From Clostridium grantii DSM 8605 (lineage in GTDB: Bacteria; Bacillota; Clostridia; Clostridiales; Clostridiaceae): a stretch of 32,000 nucleotides of DNA. Shown piece by piece: positions 9,570-19,060 of the stretch. Every line of letters begins with the position of its first letter. The first letter of the stretch is position 1. The translations under genes were made by a program, and so were the position numbers. The notes below the pieces were generated by a model. That model was not told the DNA's origin. It saw nothing but the letters and a program-made list of their open reading frames with translations, and made no database searches. The stretch spans positions 1 through 32,000 of the forward strand of contig NZ_FQXM01000030.1 in assembly GCF_900129965.1 (NCBI RefSeq), read 5' to 3'.

Positions 9570-10412
9570 ATGAATAACAAAAGAATTCCTCATACTAAAA
9601 CACTTAACTTTTTTTTAATGGCATCATTTCTTGTAATGTCTGTTTTACTATCTGGATGTGCTAGAAATACACCAGAGAACAACAATAACAATTCAACTAC
9701 ACTTATAGAAGAAGATAAATCTTCACAGCCAACTGAAAATAGCACTAAAAATGAAACTCCTTCTGAAATCAAAGAAGATGCAAATAATTCCACTGATAAT
9801 GACACCGTAGCTGATCCTGAAAAAATAGCTTATTTAACCTTTGATGATGGCCCTTCTACAGAAGTTACACCTGAAATACTAAAGGTCCTTGATGAATATA
9901 ATGTTAAAGCCACTTTTTTTGTACTAGGTTTGAAAGCTGAAAGATTTCCTGAACTCGTACTACAAGAACATAACAATGGTCATATAGTTGCTAATCACAC
10001 TTATGGACATGATGAAGAATATTTATATGCTAACCCTGACAATTTTATGAAAGATATTCATAAAGCTGAAGATGTGCTAAAAGAAATTATACCTGGTTAT
10101 GATTATAAATTAATCAGATTCCCTCAAGGAGCTTTCCAAAAAAGCAAAGCAGCCCATAGAGAAGTTGTTTCTGCTGCCGGTTATCACTATGTAGATTGGA
10201 ATTGTATAAATGGAGATTATTTAGCTAATACACTAGAAACAGATAAAATTCTTGAACAAATAAAAGAAACCTATAATAATCAAAAAAAACTTATTGTACT
10301 GATGCATGATGCTACTCCAAAAACTACCACTGCAGAAGCTTTACCAGCCGTAATTGAATTTTTGCAACAAGAAGGTTACACCTTTAAAACCTTAGAAGCA
10401 TTAACAAAATAG
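9570..10412 (+). CDS. Polysaccharide deacetylase (NodB homology domain) lipoprotein
   Basis: Lipobox LLSG-C, an N/S/T/E-rich linker, and NodB motifs YLTFDDGPS, HTYGHD, RFPQG and LMHD. It starts 4 nt after the upstream lipoprotein gene. Confidence 0.85.
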   Translation: MNNKRIPHTKTLNFFLMASFLVMSVLLSGCARNTPENNNNNSTTLIEEDKSSQPTENSTKNETPSEIKEDANNSTDNDTVADPEKIAYLTFDDGPSTEVTPEILKVLDEYNVKATFFVLGLKAERFPELVLQEHNNGHIVANHTYGHDEEYLYANPDNFMKDIHKAEDVLKEIIPGYDYKLIRFPQGAFQKSKAAHREVVSAAGYHYVDWNCINGDYLANTLETDKILEQIKETYNNQKKLIVLMHDATPKTTTAEALPAVIEFLQQEGYTFKTLEALTK

Positions 10413-10505
10413 TTCAAATGTATGTAAAAATCTTTATCATAATTTTCTTGTAAATACCCCCATAATAAATTAATATTATAAAGATAACTTACATGGGGGT
10501 ATTTT

Positions 10506-11855
10506 ATGTTTATAAATAGAAAAGTAACTAAAGATGTTTTAAAATTAGCTTTACCTGCAGTAGGTGAAATGATTTTATATATGATGATATGGGTTTTAGA
10601 TACTATGATGGTAGGAAGATATGGTGGTAAAACTGCCGTAAGTGCTGTGGGTTTATCCTCTGAAATTCTTTATACCTTTGTAAATATATTTATTTCTATA
10701 GGTATTTCTGTGGCTATGACTTCACTTGTTGCAAGAAAATTTGGAGCTAATGATATTTCTGCCACCGAAAAATTTGCAACTATTGGATTCGTAATCGGAA
10801 CTTTATTGTCACTTATAATAACCATCACACTTTTTGTATTTGCCAAGGATATTTTAATTCTAGCAGGTGCTAATTCTAACGTTTTACGTTTGGGAACAAT
10901 TTATATGAAGATAGTTTCTTTTGGATTATTCTTTAATATGCTAACCGCTATGCTAAATGGTATATTAAGAGGATATGGAAACACGTTAACTCCATTAATT
11001 ACATCTGGGATTATAAATATTATTAATTTAAGTTTGGATGCTATTCTGATATTCGGCTTATTTAACTTTCCTGAGCTAGGTATTGCTGGTGCTGCTATAG
11101 CTACTGCTGTAGCTCATACTATTGGTTTTATATTCTCTTCTATATATCTATGGAAAAAATCAAATATAAAACTACGCCCTAAATTATTACTAAGCTATTC
11201 AATAACTGATGTAAAAGAAGTTATTAAATTGGCAATTCCTTCCTCCCTTCAAGAAGCCTCTTTTGATATCAGTCGTTTACTTTGCGTATTTATGATAATG
11301 CGTATAGGAGAGGTATCATTTGCTGCTAACCAAATAACCACCACCATAGAATCTTTATCCTTTATGCCTGGTTGGGGTTTTGCTATTGCAGCTACCACTT
11401 TAGTAGGTCAAAAAACAGGTGAGAAAAAGTATAAAGAAGCTAAAGAATATGCTTATGCCTCTGTTGCCTTAGGTACCTTTTTAATGGGTATATGTTCATT
11501 GATTTTCTTTCTATTTCCTACGTTCTTTATAAAACTATTTATAACTAAAGATGAAGTAGATGTAATTACTCTAGGAATACAATGCTTGAAAATAGCTGCT
11601 CTTGAACAAATTCCTATAGCCATCTCTATGATATTAGGAGGTGCCTTAAAAGGAGCTGGTGATACAAAAATCCCTTTTAAAATATCCTTCATCTCAAGTT
11701 GGTTTATAAGATTACCTTTAATGTATTACTTTATTTATATAATGAACTTCTCCGTAGTTTATGTTTGGTGGATAACTGCAGTTCAGTGGATTTTTGAGGC
11801 TGTTTTTATGATATTTGTATTTAGGAAAAAGCTTACTTCTAGGTTTGTTCAATAG
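10506..11855 (+). CDS. MATE-family efflux transporter
   Basis: 449 aa with 12 predicted TM helices and two internally similar halves. The typical MATE N-terminus is present (LKLALPAVGEMILYMMIWVLDTMMVGRYG). Confidence 0.88.
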   Translation: MFINRKVTKDVLKLALPAVGEMILYMMIWVLDTMMVGRYGGKTAVSAVGLSSEILYTFVNIFISIGISVAMTSLVARKFGANDISATEKFATIGFVIGTLLSLIITITLFVFAKDILILAGANSNVLRLGTIYMKIVSFGLFFNMLTAMLNGILRGYGNTLTPLITSGIINIINLSLDAILIFGLFNFPELGIAGAAIATAVAHTIGFIFSSIYLWKKSNIKLRPKLLLSYSITDVKEVIKLAIPSSLQEASFDISRLLCVFMIMRIGEVSFAANQITTTIESLSFMPGWGFAIAATTLVGQKTGEKKYKEAKEYAYASVALGTFLMGICSLIFFLFPTFFIKLFITKDEVDVITLGIQCLKIAALEQIPIAISMILGGALKGAGDTKIPFKISFISSWFIRLPLMYYFIYIMNFSVVYVWWITAVQWIFEAVFMIFVFRKKLTSRFVQ

Positions 11856-11860
11856 CTTCT

Positions 11861-11945
11861 GTAGGGGTCGGTTTCCACGCCGACCAGTACCCACTACAAC
11901 GAGTGGGTATGCTATAACGGGCGGGCATTGAAACCCGACCCTACA
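11861..11945. repeat. GC-rich REPIN-like element: two inverted copies of a GTAG-hairpin module around a central hairpin
   Basis: The left module is GTAGGGGTCGGTTTCCACGCCGACC. The central hairpin is TACCCACT-acaacg-AGTGGGTA. The right module is CGGGCGGGCATTGAAACCCGACCCTAC, the reverse complement of the left module at about 80% identity. Hand count gives 49/85 G+C (58%) in a roughly 28% G+C background. The element fills the MATE/thrB convergent gap. Confidence 0.6.
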
Positions 11946-11955
11946 AACTTAAATA

Positions 11956-12846
11956 TTATATTACAGTCGTTCCATTAAAATCAGGTTTTAACAAATGAAC
12001 TTCCCACTCATTGTCTAGGGTAGCTAAAAAAGCTTCCATTTTATCTACAAATTCCGAATTATCTTCATGTATGATAGCCATCAATGTAGGCCCTGATCCG
12101 CTAACAAATTCTGCTAAAGCACCAAACTCTTCAGACTTTCTAAAAACATCATCTGCGTTATTAATCAATGTCTTACGATATTCTTGATGAATTTTATCTC
12201 CCATTGCTACTCTTAGTTTGTCCAATTCATTATTATTCAAAGCATTTACAAGTAATGCTGCTCTAGATATATTATATACACAATCTTCTCTGGTATAATT
12301 TTTAGGTAATACTTGTCTTGCTTCTTCAGTACTCGTTTTAAAATTTGGTATCATAACTACCATACTTAAACTCTTTGGAACTTTCACCTTTGAGTAAATA
12401 ACTTGCTTTTCTACCATAGTAGATATAACCATTCCACCTAAAAAAGCTGGAACAACATTATCAGGATGTCCCTCTATTTCAGTAGCTTCTTTTATTATAT
12501 CTTCTTTTGATAATATATTTCCCAGGAAAGTATTTGCCGCAACTATAGCTGCTACAATACAAGAGGAACTACTCCCCATACCTCTTGAAAGGGGTATCTT
12601 GGCTTTAGATATATTTATTCTAAAACCTTTTATTTCGTAATTATATTTCCTTAATATTTTTAAAAAACTGTTTATTATTAAATTCTCTTTTATAGGGATA
12701 TCAGTTTCTTTCCCTTCGCTATAAAATTCATAACCTTGCTTTATTTCTTCAAATTCAATTTCATTATAATATTGTAACGCCATACCAAAAACATCGAAAC
12801 CTGGCCCCATATTGGCAGTAGTAGCTGGCACTCTAACTTTTATCAT
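11956..12846 (-). CDS. thrB: Homoserine kinase
   Basis: GHMP kinase motifs VRVPATTANMGPGFD and PLSRGMGSSSS. The track start at 12855 is a GTG abutting the RBS; ATG at 12846 (MIKVRVP), 10 nt after AAGGA, is more likely. Confidence 0.9.
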   Translation of the reverse strand: MIKVRVPATTANMGPGFDVFGMALQYYNEIEFEEIKQGYEFYSEGKETDIPIKENLIINSFLKILRKYNYEIKGFRINISKAKIPLSRGMGSSSSCIVAAIVAANTFLGNILSKEDIIKEATEIEGHPDNVVPAFLGGMVISTMVEKQVIYSKVKVPKSLSMVVMIPNFKTSTEEARQVLPKNYTREDCVYNISRAALLVNALNNNELDKLRVAMGDKIHQEYRKTLINNADDVFRKSEEFGALAEFVSGSGPTLMAIIHEDNSEFVDKMEAFLATLDNEWEVHLLKPDFNGTTVI

Positions 12847-12994
12847 ATTCTGCACGTCCTTTAAGTTGTGTTTTCTTTTGAATTATAATATCATATCAAA
12901 TTGCTATATTCAATATTTTTGTAATAATAATTAATTATTTTGTATAAATATAGAATCCTTTTAAAATCTACTTCTATTAGTTTATCCTTCTTTC

Positions 12995-14062
12995 TCAAAA
13001 ACACACTTTATTTCTTCCTTGAGTTTTAGCCTTATATAAATTATTATCTGCATCTTTAATAGCACTTGTGAAATTTTCACTGTTACATTCTTTAAAACCA
13101 CCACTTATAGTGATTTTTATCCCATTAAAGTCGTAGCCTTCAACTTTACTTCTTATAGCTTGTCCTATTTCAATCATTTGTTCTACTTCTAAGTGCTTTA
13201 GAACAATCAAAAATTCTTCTCCACCATATCTACCTACAAACCCCATATCCGCTACTATATTTTTTATAAGTAAAGCTACTTCTTTTAAAATATAATCACC
13301 TTTTTGATGTCCATATTGATCATTTACAACTTTAAAATAATCAATATCCATCATTATTATTCCTACAGTATAATTCTCATCAATATGCCCTATTAATGTA
13401 GTTTTTAAAATATTTAAAATTTCGGTATGGTTGTATAAATTTGTAAGCAAATCAGTTTTTGATAATTTTTCTAATTGTTTTTTCTCTATAAATAGTTGAA
13501 GTTTTAACTTATATTTACTCAAAGAGGACATCCATATGAAAAAAGATAACCCCATTACTACCATTACATTTATAGTTGAATATATTATATTATCTTTAAA
13601 ATATAGTATTAACAAAGATAATATTATTGAAGGGATTATAGAAATCATAAAACTTACAATAGGTGAATGATAAAGCATTTCCACTACTACAAATAACATA
13701 ATTACATGTGCGGTTAATCCTAAAGATGAATTTATATCTATCATAGTTGCCAAAATACCCCAAAACATTATAATCCCAATATCAATATATATATAAGATT
13801 TTTTGTTTTTAACCTGACCTTCTTTTAGCCACTTTTTCAATCTAAAATATTCCACAAATCCAAATACTATTGGAGATGCTTGTATGATATATTCAACATT
13901 AATGGGCCTATTAAAATCTTGTATCCATAGTTGAAATAAACATACTATCAAATCCGAAACAGCAATTATAAAGAAAAAAATATGCAAAGTGTATATATTC
14001 TCTTTTAGAACATCTTGAATAAAACCTTTTTTATCATACTCAATTTTTTTCATCATATGCAT
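12995..14062 (-). CDS. Membrane-bound diguanylate cyclase (5-6 TM N-terminal domain plus GGDEF)
   Basis: C-terminal GGDEF domain: DIDYFKVVNDQYGHQKGD ... GRYGGEEFLIV ... ADNNLYKAKTQGRN. The start is probably the third or fourth Met (14056/14053), judging by GAGGT position. Confidence 0.85.
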   Translation of the reverse strand: MHMMKKIEYDKKGFIQDVLKENIYTLHIFFFIIAVSDLIVCLFQLWIQDFNRPINVEYIIQASPIVFGFVEYFRLKKWLKEGQVKNKKSYIYIDIGIIMFWGILATMIDINSSLGLTAHVIMLFVVVEMLYHSPIVSFMISIIPSIILSLLILYFKDNIIYSTINVMVVMGLSFFIWMSSLSKYKLKLQLFIEKKQLEKLSKTDLLTNLYNHTEILNILKTTLIGHIDENYTVGIIMMDIDYFKVVNDQYGHQKGDYILKEVALLIKNIVADMGFVGRYGGEEFLIVLKHLEVEQMIEIGQAIRSKVEGYDFNGIKITISGGFKECNSENFTSAIKDADNNLYKAKTQGRNKVCF

Positions 14063-14172
14063 ACCTCATGTCTTATATTTTTAGTTTAAGAATACTGTTT
14101 TATGTTCTTTATTCCATTATATTATACTTGCACTACCTTTACAATTTCTAATAAATGTATAATATTATTTTT

Positions 14173-14697
14173 TTACTTATTGAACATAATATTCACTATA
14201 GTAATAGCTGCAATAATTGCTGTTAAGTCCGCTAATAATGCTGCCCAAAGCGTATGTCTTATTTTTTTTATATTCACTGCCCCAAAATAAACTGTTAAAG
14301 TATAAAAAATAGTTTCCGTAGTTCCTATAATTACTGAAGCTAGTATTCCTATGTATGTATCAGCTCCATATTCTTTAAGTATGGATACAAAAACTCCTTG
14401 AGCTCCACTTCCTGATAAAGGTTTTATCATGACTAATGGAAGTATTTCTGGTGGAAGTCCTATAAAATCAACTAATGGCTTTGCAAGATAAATCAAATAA
14501 TCTAAAGCCCCAGAGGATCTAAAAATTCCTACTGCTACTAACATTGCTAATAAGTATGGATAAATATTGAAACATAATGTAAGACCTTCCTTTGCCCCCT
14601 CCACAAAACATTCATAAACTTTAACTTTCTTTATCCCGCCATAAATCACTATAAAAACAATAAGTATAGGAATAATAGATATTATAAAATATTTCAA
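14173..14697 (-). CDS. spmB: Spore maturation protein B
   Basis: 174-aa integral membrane protein of the nucleoside-recognition/Gate family, immediately downstream of spmA. This is the typical spmA-spmB pairing and size. Confidence 0.8.
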   Translation of the reverse strand: MKYFIISIIPILIVFIVIYGGIKKVKVYECFVEGAKEGLTLCFNIYPYLLAMLVAVGIFRSSGALDYLIYLAKPLVDFIGLPPEILPLVMIKPLSGSGAQGVFVSILKEYGADTYIGILASVIIGTTETIFYTLTVYFGAVNIKKIRHTLWAALLADLTAIIAAITIVNIMFNK

Positions 14698-14732
14698 TTG
14701 ATTTCCTCCAATCTTTTAATGATGCCATTATA

Positions 14733-15302
14733 TCAAAAAAACCTTTCTAAAATTTTGCAATAAAAAATTCCCATAATTGAAGCAAATCCTGTAGCTAGTA
14801 TAGCCGGTACTATTATCACTCCCGGATTAGAAGATCCACAGGCTGCTCTCATTGAAATTACTGAGGTGGGTATTAATTGTATACAAGCCGCATTTAAAAC
14901 TAAAAATAAAGCCATATCATTAGTTGCTGTATCTTTATCCTTATTTCCCTTTTGCATTTCCTCCATTGCTTTCACGCCAAAAGGTGTAGCAGCATTAGAC
15001 AACCCCATCATATTGGAAGTTAAATTCATTAATATACTGCCCATAGCTTCTGGAGAAGCGGTTTTAAACAAAACTCTTAAAATAGGATTTAAAAGTTTAG
15101 ATAATTTATCTGTTATACCACTTTTTTGAGCAATCTTCATTACACCACTCCATAAACACATTAAACCAATTAATCCAATAATCAAAGTTACTGAATCTTC
15201 TGTAGAATTTATAATTGACTTAGATAAAATTTCTCCTTTTCCTGTAGCTAGTCCAAAAATAACGCCTATTGCAATAATAAAAAACCAAATAATATTAATC
15301 AT
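14733..15302 (-). CDS. spmA: Spore maturation protein A
   Basis: 189-aa membrane protein with the SpmA-like N-terminus MINIIWFFIIAIGVIFG...GLIGLMCLWSGVMKIAQKSGI. Confidence 0.8.
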   Translation of the reverse strand: MINIIWFFIIAIGVIFGLATGKGEILSKSIINSTEDSVTLIIGLIGLMCLWSGVMKIAQKSGITDKLSKLLNPILRVLFKTASPEAMGSILMNLTSNMMGLSNAATPFGVKAMEEMQKGNKDKDTATNDMALFLVLNAACIQLIPTSVISMRAACGSSNPGVIIVPAILATGFASIMGIFYCKILERFF

Positions 15303-15369
15303 GTGTACTCCTTTTATTCAGTAATATTAGTATATTTTATGAGCTATATTTTAGATTTATGTAAACATA

Positions 15370-15410
15370 AAAAAATAAACCTAGATACCATTTATTGATA
15401 TCTAGGTTTG
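15370..15410 (-). terminator. Rho-independent terminator downstream of pepT
   Basis: AAACCTAGATA (15377-15387) pairs with TATCTAGGTTT (15399-15409). On the minus strand it is followed by ATTTTTT. Confidence 0.7.
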
Positions 15411-15418
15411 CTTTTTAA

Positions 15419-16642
15419 TTATTCACCATATAATTCAGCTATTTTTATAATAACTTCAACGGCTTTCTCCATAGAAGATAATGGTACAAACTCAAATTTA
15501 CCATGAAAATTGTGTCCTCCAGCAAAAATATTTGGAGTTGGCAATCCCATAAAGGAAAGCCTTGCTCCATCAGTTCCGCCTCTAATTGGGTCGACAATCG
15601 CTTCTATCCCACATAGTTCCATTGCTTTCTTAGCTTTATCTACTATATACATTTTATCCTCAAATTTTTTCTTCATGTTAAAATACTGATCTTTTATTTC
15701 AATAGTTATAGTTCCCTCACCATATCTTTGATTTAATTCTTTTTCTAAAGAAAATAAAAATTCTTTTCTTTTTTCAAAATTTTCTCTACAAAAATCTCTT
15801 ATAATTAGCTCTAAACTTGTATCTTCAACTGAACCTTTAAAATCTGTCAAGAAGTAAAACCCTTCATATCCACAAGTTTTTTCAGGAACTTCATCTTTGG
15901 GTAGTTTATTCATCAATTCATTCCCTATAAAAATAGAATTTATCATTTTACCTTTTGCACTACCTGGGTGAACATTTCTTCCTTTTACGTTAATTTTAAC
16001 TCCTGCTGCATTAAAATTTTCAAATTGCAATTCCCCAATTTTACCACCATCCATAGTATAAGCTAATTGAGCTCCAAATTTTTCAACATCAAAGTAATCT
16101 GCCCCTTGACCTATTTCTTCATCTGGAGTAAATCCAATACGTATTTTACCATGTTTAATTTCTGGATGGGCTATTAAATACTCCATAGCTGTGATTATTT
16201 CAGCTATTCCTGCTTTATCATCTGCTCCTAATAATGTAGTTCCATCTGTAGTAATTAATGTATGTGATTTATACTGTTTTAATTCTGGGAAGTCTTTAAC
16301 CTTCATAATAATATTTTCTTCTTTATTTAATAAAATATCTTTCCCATCATAATTTTCTATTATATTAGGTTTTACATTTGTCCCTGAATAATCAGGCGCT
16401 GTATCCATATGAGCTATAAATCCAATTGTAGGAATACTTTTTTCTATATTCGATGGCAAAGTAGCCATAACATAAGCTTTCTCATCTACAGATACCTCTA
16501 CTAATCCTATATCTTTTAACTCTTTAACTAACTCTTTAGCAAATACAAGCTGGCTTTCCGTACTAGGAGTTTTGTTAGCATCTTCATCTGCTCTTGTATC
16601 AACTTTCACATATCTTAAAAATCTTTCTTTTAAATTATCCAT
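15419..16642 (-). CDS. pepT: Peptidase T (tripeptide aminopeptidase, M20B)
   Basis: Full-length similarity to PepT as I recall it: [13 protein letters not shown]...[11 protein letters not shown]...[11 protein letters not shown]...FTPDEEIG...GGTDGA. Confidence 0.9.
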   Translation of the reverse strand: MDNLKERFLRYVKVDTRADEDANKTPSTESQLVFAKELVKELKDIGLVEVSVDEKAYVMATLPSNIEKSIPTIGFIAHMDTAPDYSGTNVKPNIIENYDGKDILLNKEENIIMKVKDFPELKQYKSHTLITTDGTTLLGADDKAGIAEIITAMEYLIAHPEIKHGKIRIGFTPDEEIGQGADYFDVEKFGAQLAYTMDGGKIGELQFENFNAAGVKINVKGRNVHPGSAKGKMINSIFIGNELMNKLPKDEVPEKTCGYEGFYFLTDFKGSVEDTSLELIIRDFCRENFEKRKEFLFSLEKELNQRYGEGTITIEIKDQYFNMKKKFEDKMYIVDKAKKAMELCGIEAIVDPIRGGTDGARLSFMGLPTPNIFAGGHNFHGKFEFVPLSSMEKAVEVIIKIAELYGE

Positions 16643-16710
16643 TATATTCCTCCGATAGTTATATATTCTGATTCTTTTATTATAAACTATATAAGAAAAT
16701 TATAATAGAT

Positions 16711-17655
16711 TTACTTAGAAACAGAAATATTGGTTTTAACTTTAACATTTATTGGATATTCTATTGCTCCTTCATTAGCATCGTTTGAAGTTACCTTTAT
16801 TATTCCTTCCCCTGAAAAAGAACTAGTTAAACTTTTTATAATCCCACTTTCTTTATCTAAATATAATTCGCCCTCTTCTTTTCCTTTTAAATCAAATTCA
16901 TAAGCATTAGCGTTTATTATTTTTTTACTTAATTGCTCATTTGTAGTAAATTCTGATTTTCTATCAACCTTAAAAGTTTCATCAGATATTTCTACTACTT
17001 TAAATTCACTTTTTACATCAAAATCAATTATTTCTTTCATCTCTCCTTCAGTAGTCCATTTCTCTCCCTTTTTAACTCCTTGGTCTTTATACAAAATATT
17101 CATGTTATTTATTTTACTTATAAAATTATCTTTACCGAATTCTTCATAAATCAATTTTGAAGTCTTTTCTTTTTCCTCATAACTGTCAAATTGTATATTT
17201 TCAATTCCATCCTTTATGCTTTCATCTAAACCAACAACTTCATCTACTTTCCCATCTTGCCTAACATAAACAACAAAAGTTTTATCTATTAAATAAGATA
17301 GCACTTTGCTGACTTTATTATCTTGTATCTCATTAAATTCAGAACTATATTGTATACTTTCTTGTCCGTTTATAGTAAAACTAGCACTTATAGATTTCAT
17401 TGTAACCATAAACTCTAAATTTTTTCTTTCATCAACAGTTTTAAGAAAAACTCCGTAATTAACTGTTTTTTTGATTTTATTTAATTCTGTTATTTCTTCT
17501 AATGCATTAACTATATCTTTCTCAAAATTTTCTTCCACTTGAAACATATCTCCTTGCTTTAACTTTAATTTAACATCTACTTTATTCATAGAGCAAGCTG
17601 GAATAAAAATTGTAATAATCAACATAATAATCATATATCTAAATTTCATCTTCAA
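16711..17655 (-). CDS. Lipoprotein of unknown function
   Basis: Signal peptide plus lipobox (IFIPA-C-SM), then a K/E-rich soluble domain. TTG start at 17655 with GGAGG 8 nt upstream. Confidence 0.6.
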   Translation of the reverse strand: MKMKFRYMIIMLIITIFIPACSMNKVDVKLKLKQGDMFQVEENFEKDIVNALEEITELNKIKKTVNYGVFLKTVDERKNLEFMVTMKSISASFTINGQESIQYSSEFNEIQDNKVSKVLSYLIDKTFVVYVRQDGKVDEVVGLDESIKDGIENIQFDSYEEKEKTSKLIYEEFGKDNFISKINNMNILYKDQGVKKGEKWTTEGEMKEIIDFDVKSEFKVVEISDETFKVDRKSEFTTNEQLSKKIINANAYEFDLKGKEEGELYLDKESGIIKSLTSSFSGEGIIKVTSNDANEGAIEYPINVKVKTNISVSK

Positions 17656-17803
17656 AAATATAACCTCCCTTATTTCGAATTACTATATAATTAGTATTAA
17701 TTTTTAATAAGGTTTTTATTATAAAAAAACAGTTTTTTTGTTGTAAAATTTATTTATTCAAAATTTATTTTCTAAATTTTCTATAGATTTTTCTATATAC
17801 TAT

Positions 17804-17832
17804 TGATTACAAATACTAAATATTGTAATATT
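17804..17832 (+). promoter_or_regulatory. Putative sigmaA-type promoter upstream of glgC
   Basis: TTGATT (17804-17809), 17 nt, then TAATAT (17827-17832), about 60 nt upstream of the glgC ATG. Confidence 0.35.
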
Positions 17833-17893
17833 ATAGTATACCAATTAAATATTTTTAAAAATATCATAATAATTCTAAGGGAAGGTGATTTAA

Positions 17894-19039
17894 ATGCTAA
17901 AAAAAGAAGGCATTGCTATGATTCTAGCTGGTGGACAAGGTACTAGGCTAAAAGCTTTAACAGAAAATAATGCTAAACCAGGAGTTCCATTTGGCGGTAA
18001 ATATAGAATAATTGATTTTGCTTTAAGTAATTGTTCCAACTCAGGTATAGATACTATAGGTGTTTTAACTCAATATCAACCACACGTTTTAACAACACAT
18101 ATTGGTATAGGTACTCCTTGGGATTTAGATAGGAACAATGGTGGCGTAAGCGTCCTTCCTCCTCATATGAAGCAAGATGGCGGATATTGGTATATGGGAA
18201 CAGCAGATGCTATTTACCAAAATATACAATATGTGGATACCTTTGATCCTGAATATATAATTATACTTTCTGGTGATCACATCTACAAAATGGATTATGC
18301 AAAAATGGTTAAATTTCATAAGGAAGAAGAAGCTGCAGCTACAATTGCTGTTATAGATGTTTCCATAGATGAAGCTAGCAGATTCGGAATTATGAATACA
18401 AATGAAGATGGTACAATTTACGAATTTGAAGAAAAACCTGAACATCCAAAAAGCACTAACGCTTCAATGGGTATTTATGTTTTTGATTGGAAACTTCTTA
18501 GAAAATATTTAATTGATGATGCAAAAGATAAAAACTCTAATCATGATTTTGGTCAAAATATAATTCCAAAATTCTTATCAAATGGCCTTAAGTTGATGGC
18601 TTACCCATTCTCTGGCTATTGGAAAGATGTTGGAACAATTGATAGTTACTGGCAAGCTAATATGGACTTACTAGACCCAAATAATGAACTAAATATTCAT
18701 GATAAAAAATGGACAATATATTCTGTAAATCCCAACAAACCACCTCAATATATTGGAACAACTGCTAAGATAAAAAATTCTCTTTTAGTTGAAGGATGTA
18801 CGGTTTTTGGTACAGTAAAAAATTCTATTCTTTTCCCTGGAGTTCATATTGGGAAAAACAGTATAATAGAAGACTCTGTAATAATGGCAAATTCTAAAAT
18901 CGGTGATAATGTTATAGTAAGAAAAAGTATTATAGCTAACGATGTAACCATTAGAAAAAATTCAGTTGTAGGAAATGCTGATGAAATAACAGTTGTAGGT
19001 GAATATTCCGATGTTAAATCAAATTCAGTTGTAAAGTAA
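17894..19039 (+). CDS. glgC: Glucose-1-phosphate adenylyltransferase, catalytic subunit
   Basis: [45 protein letters not shown] and [19 protein letters not shown], with C-terminal left-handed beta-helix repeats. Confidence 0.92.
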   Translation: MLKKEGIAMILAGGQGTRLKALTENNAKPGVPFGGKYRIIDFALSNCSNSGIDTIGVLTQYQPHVLTTHIGIGTPWDLDRNNGGVSVLPPHMKQDGGYWYMGTADAIYQNIQYVDTFDPEYIIILSGDHIYKMDYAKMVKFHKEEEAAATIAVIDVSIDEASRFGIMNTNEDGTIYEFEEKPEHPKSTNASMGIYVFDWKLLRKYLIDDAKDKNSNHDFGQNIIPKFLSNGLKLMAYPFSGYWKDVGTIDSYWQANMDLLDPNNELNIHDKKWTIYSVNPNKPPQYIGTTAKIKNSLLVEGCTVFGTVKNSILFPGVHIGKNSIIEDSVIMANSKIGDNVIVRKSIIANDVTIRKNSVVGNADEITVVGEYSDVKSNSVVK

Positions 19040-19060
19040 ATCAAAATTGGAGGTGCCATT

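Noticed and set aside
11861-11945. The GC-rich element can be drawn as a cloverleaf (outer stem plus three hairpins), so I considered a tRNA or tRNA-like gene.
   Set aside because: It has no GTTCRANNC T-loop and no D-loop GG. The middle arm has an 8-bp stem with a 6-nt loop rather than 5 bp and 7 nt, and the arm spacing is wrong. The two outer arms are inverted copies of one another, which fits a repeat doublet better than a tRNA.
11956-12846. Orphan pathway genes: thrB without hom/thrC, glgCD without glgA/B/P, and ispF without ispD.
   Set aside because: Scattered amino-acid, glycogen and isoprenoid genes are common in Clostridia. Each gene has its own plausible promoter and terminator, and nothing in the sequence suggests pseudogenisation or recent transfer.
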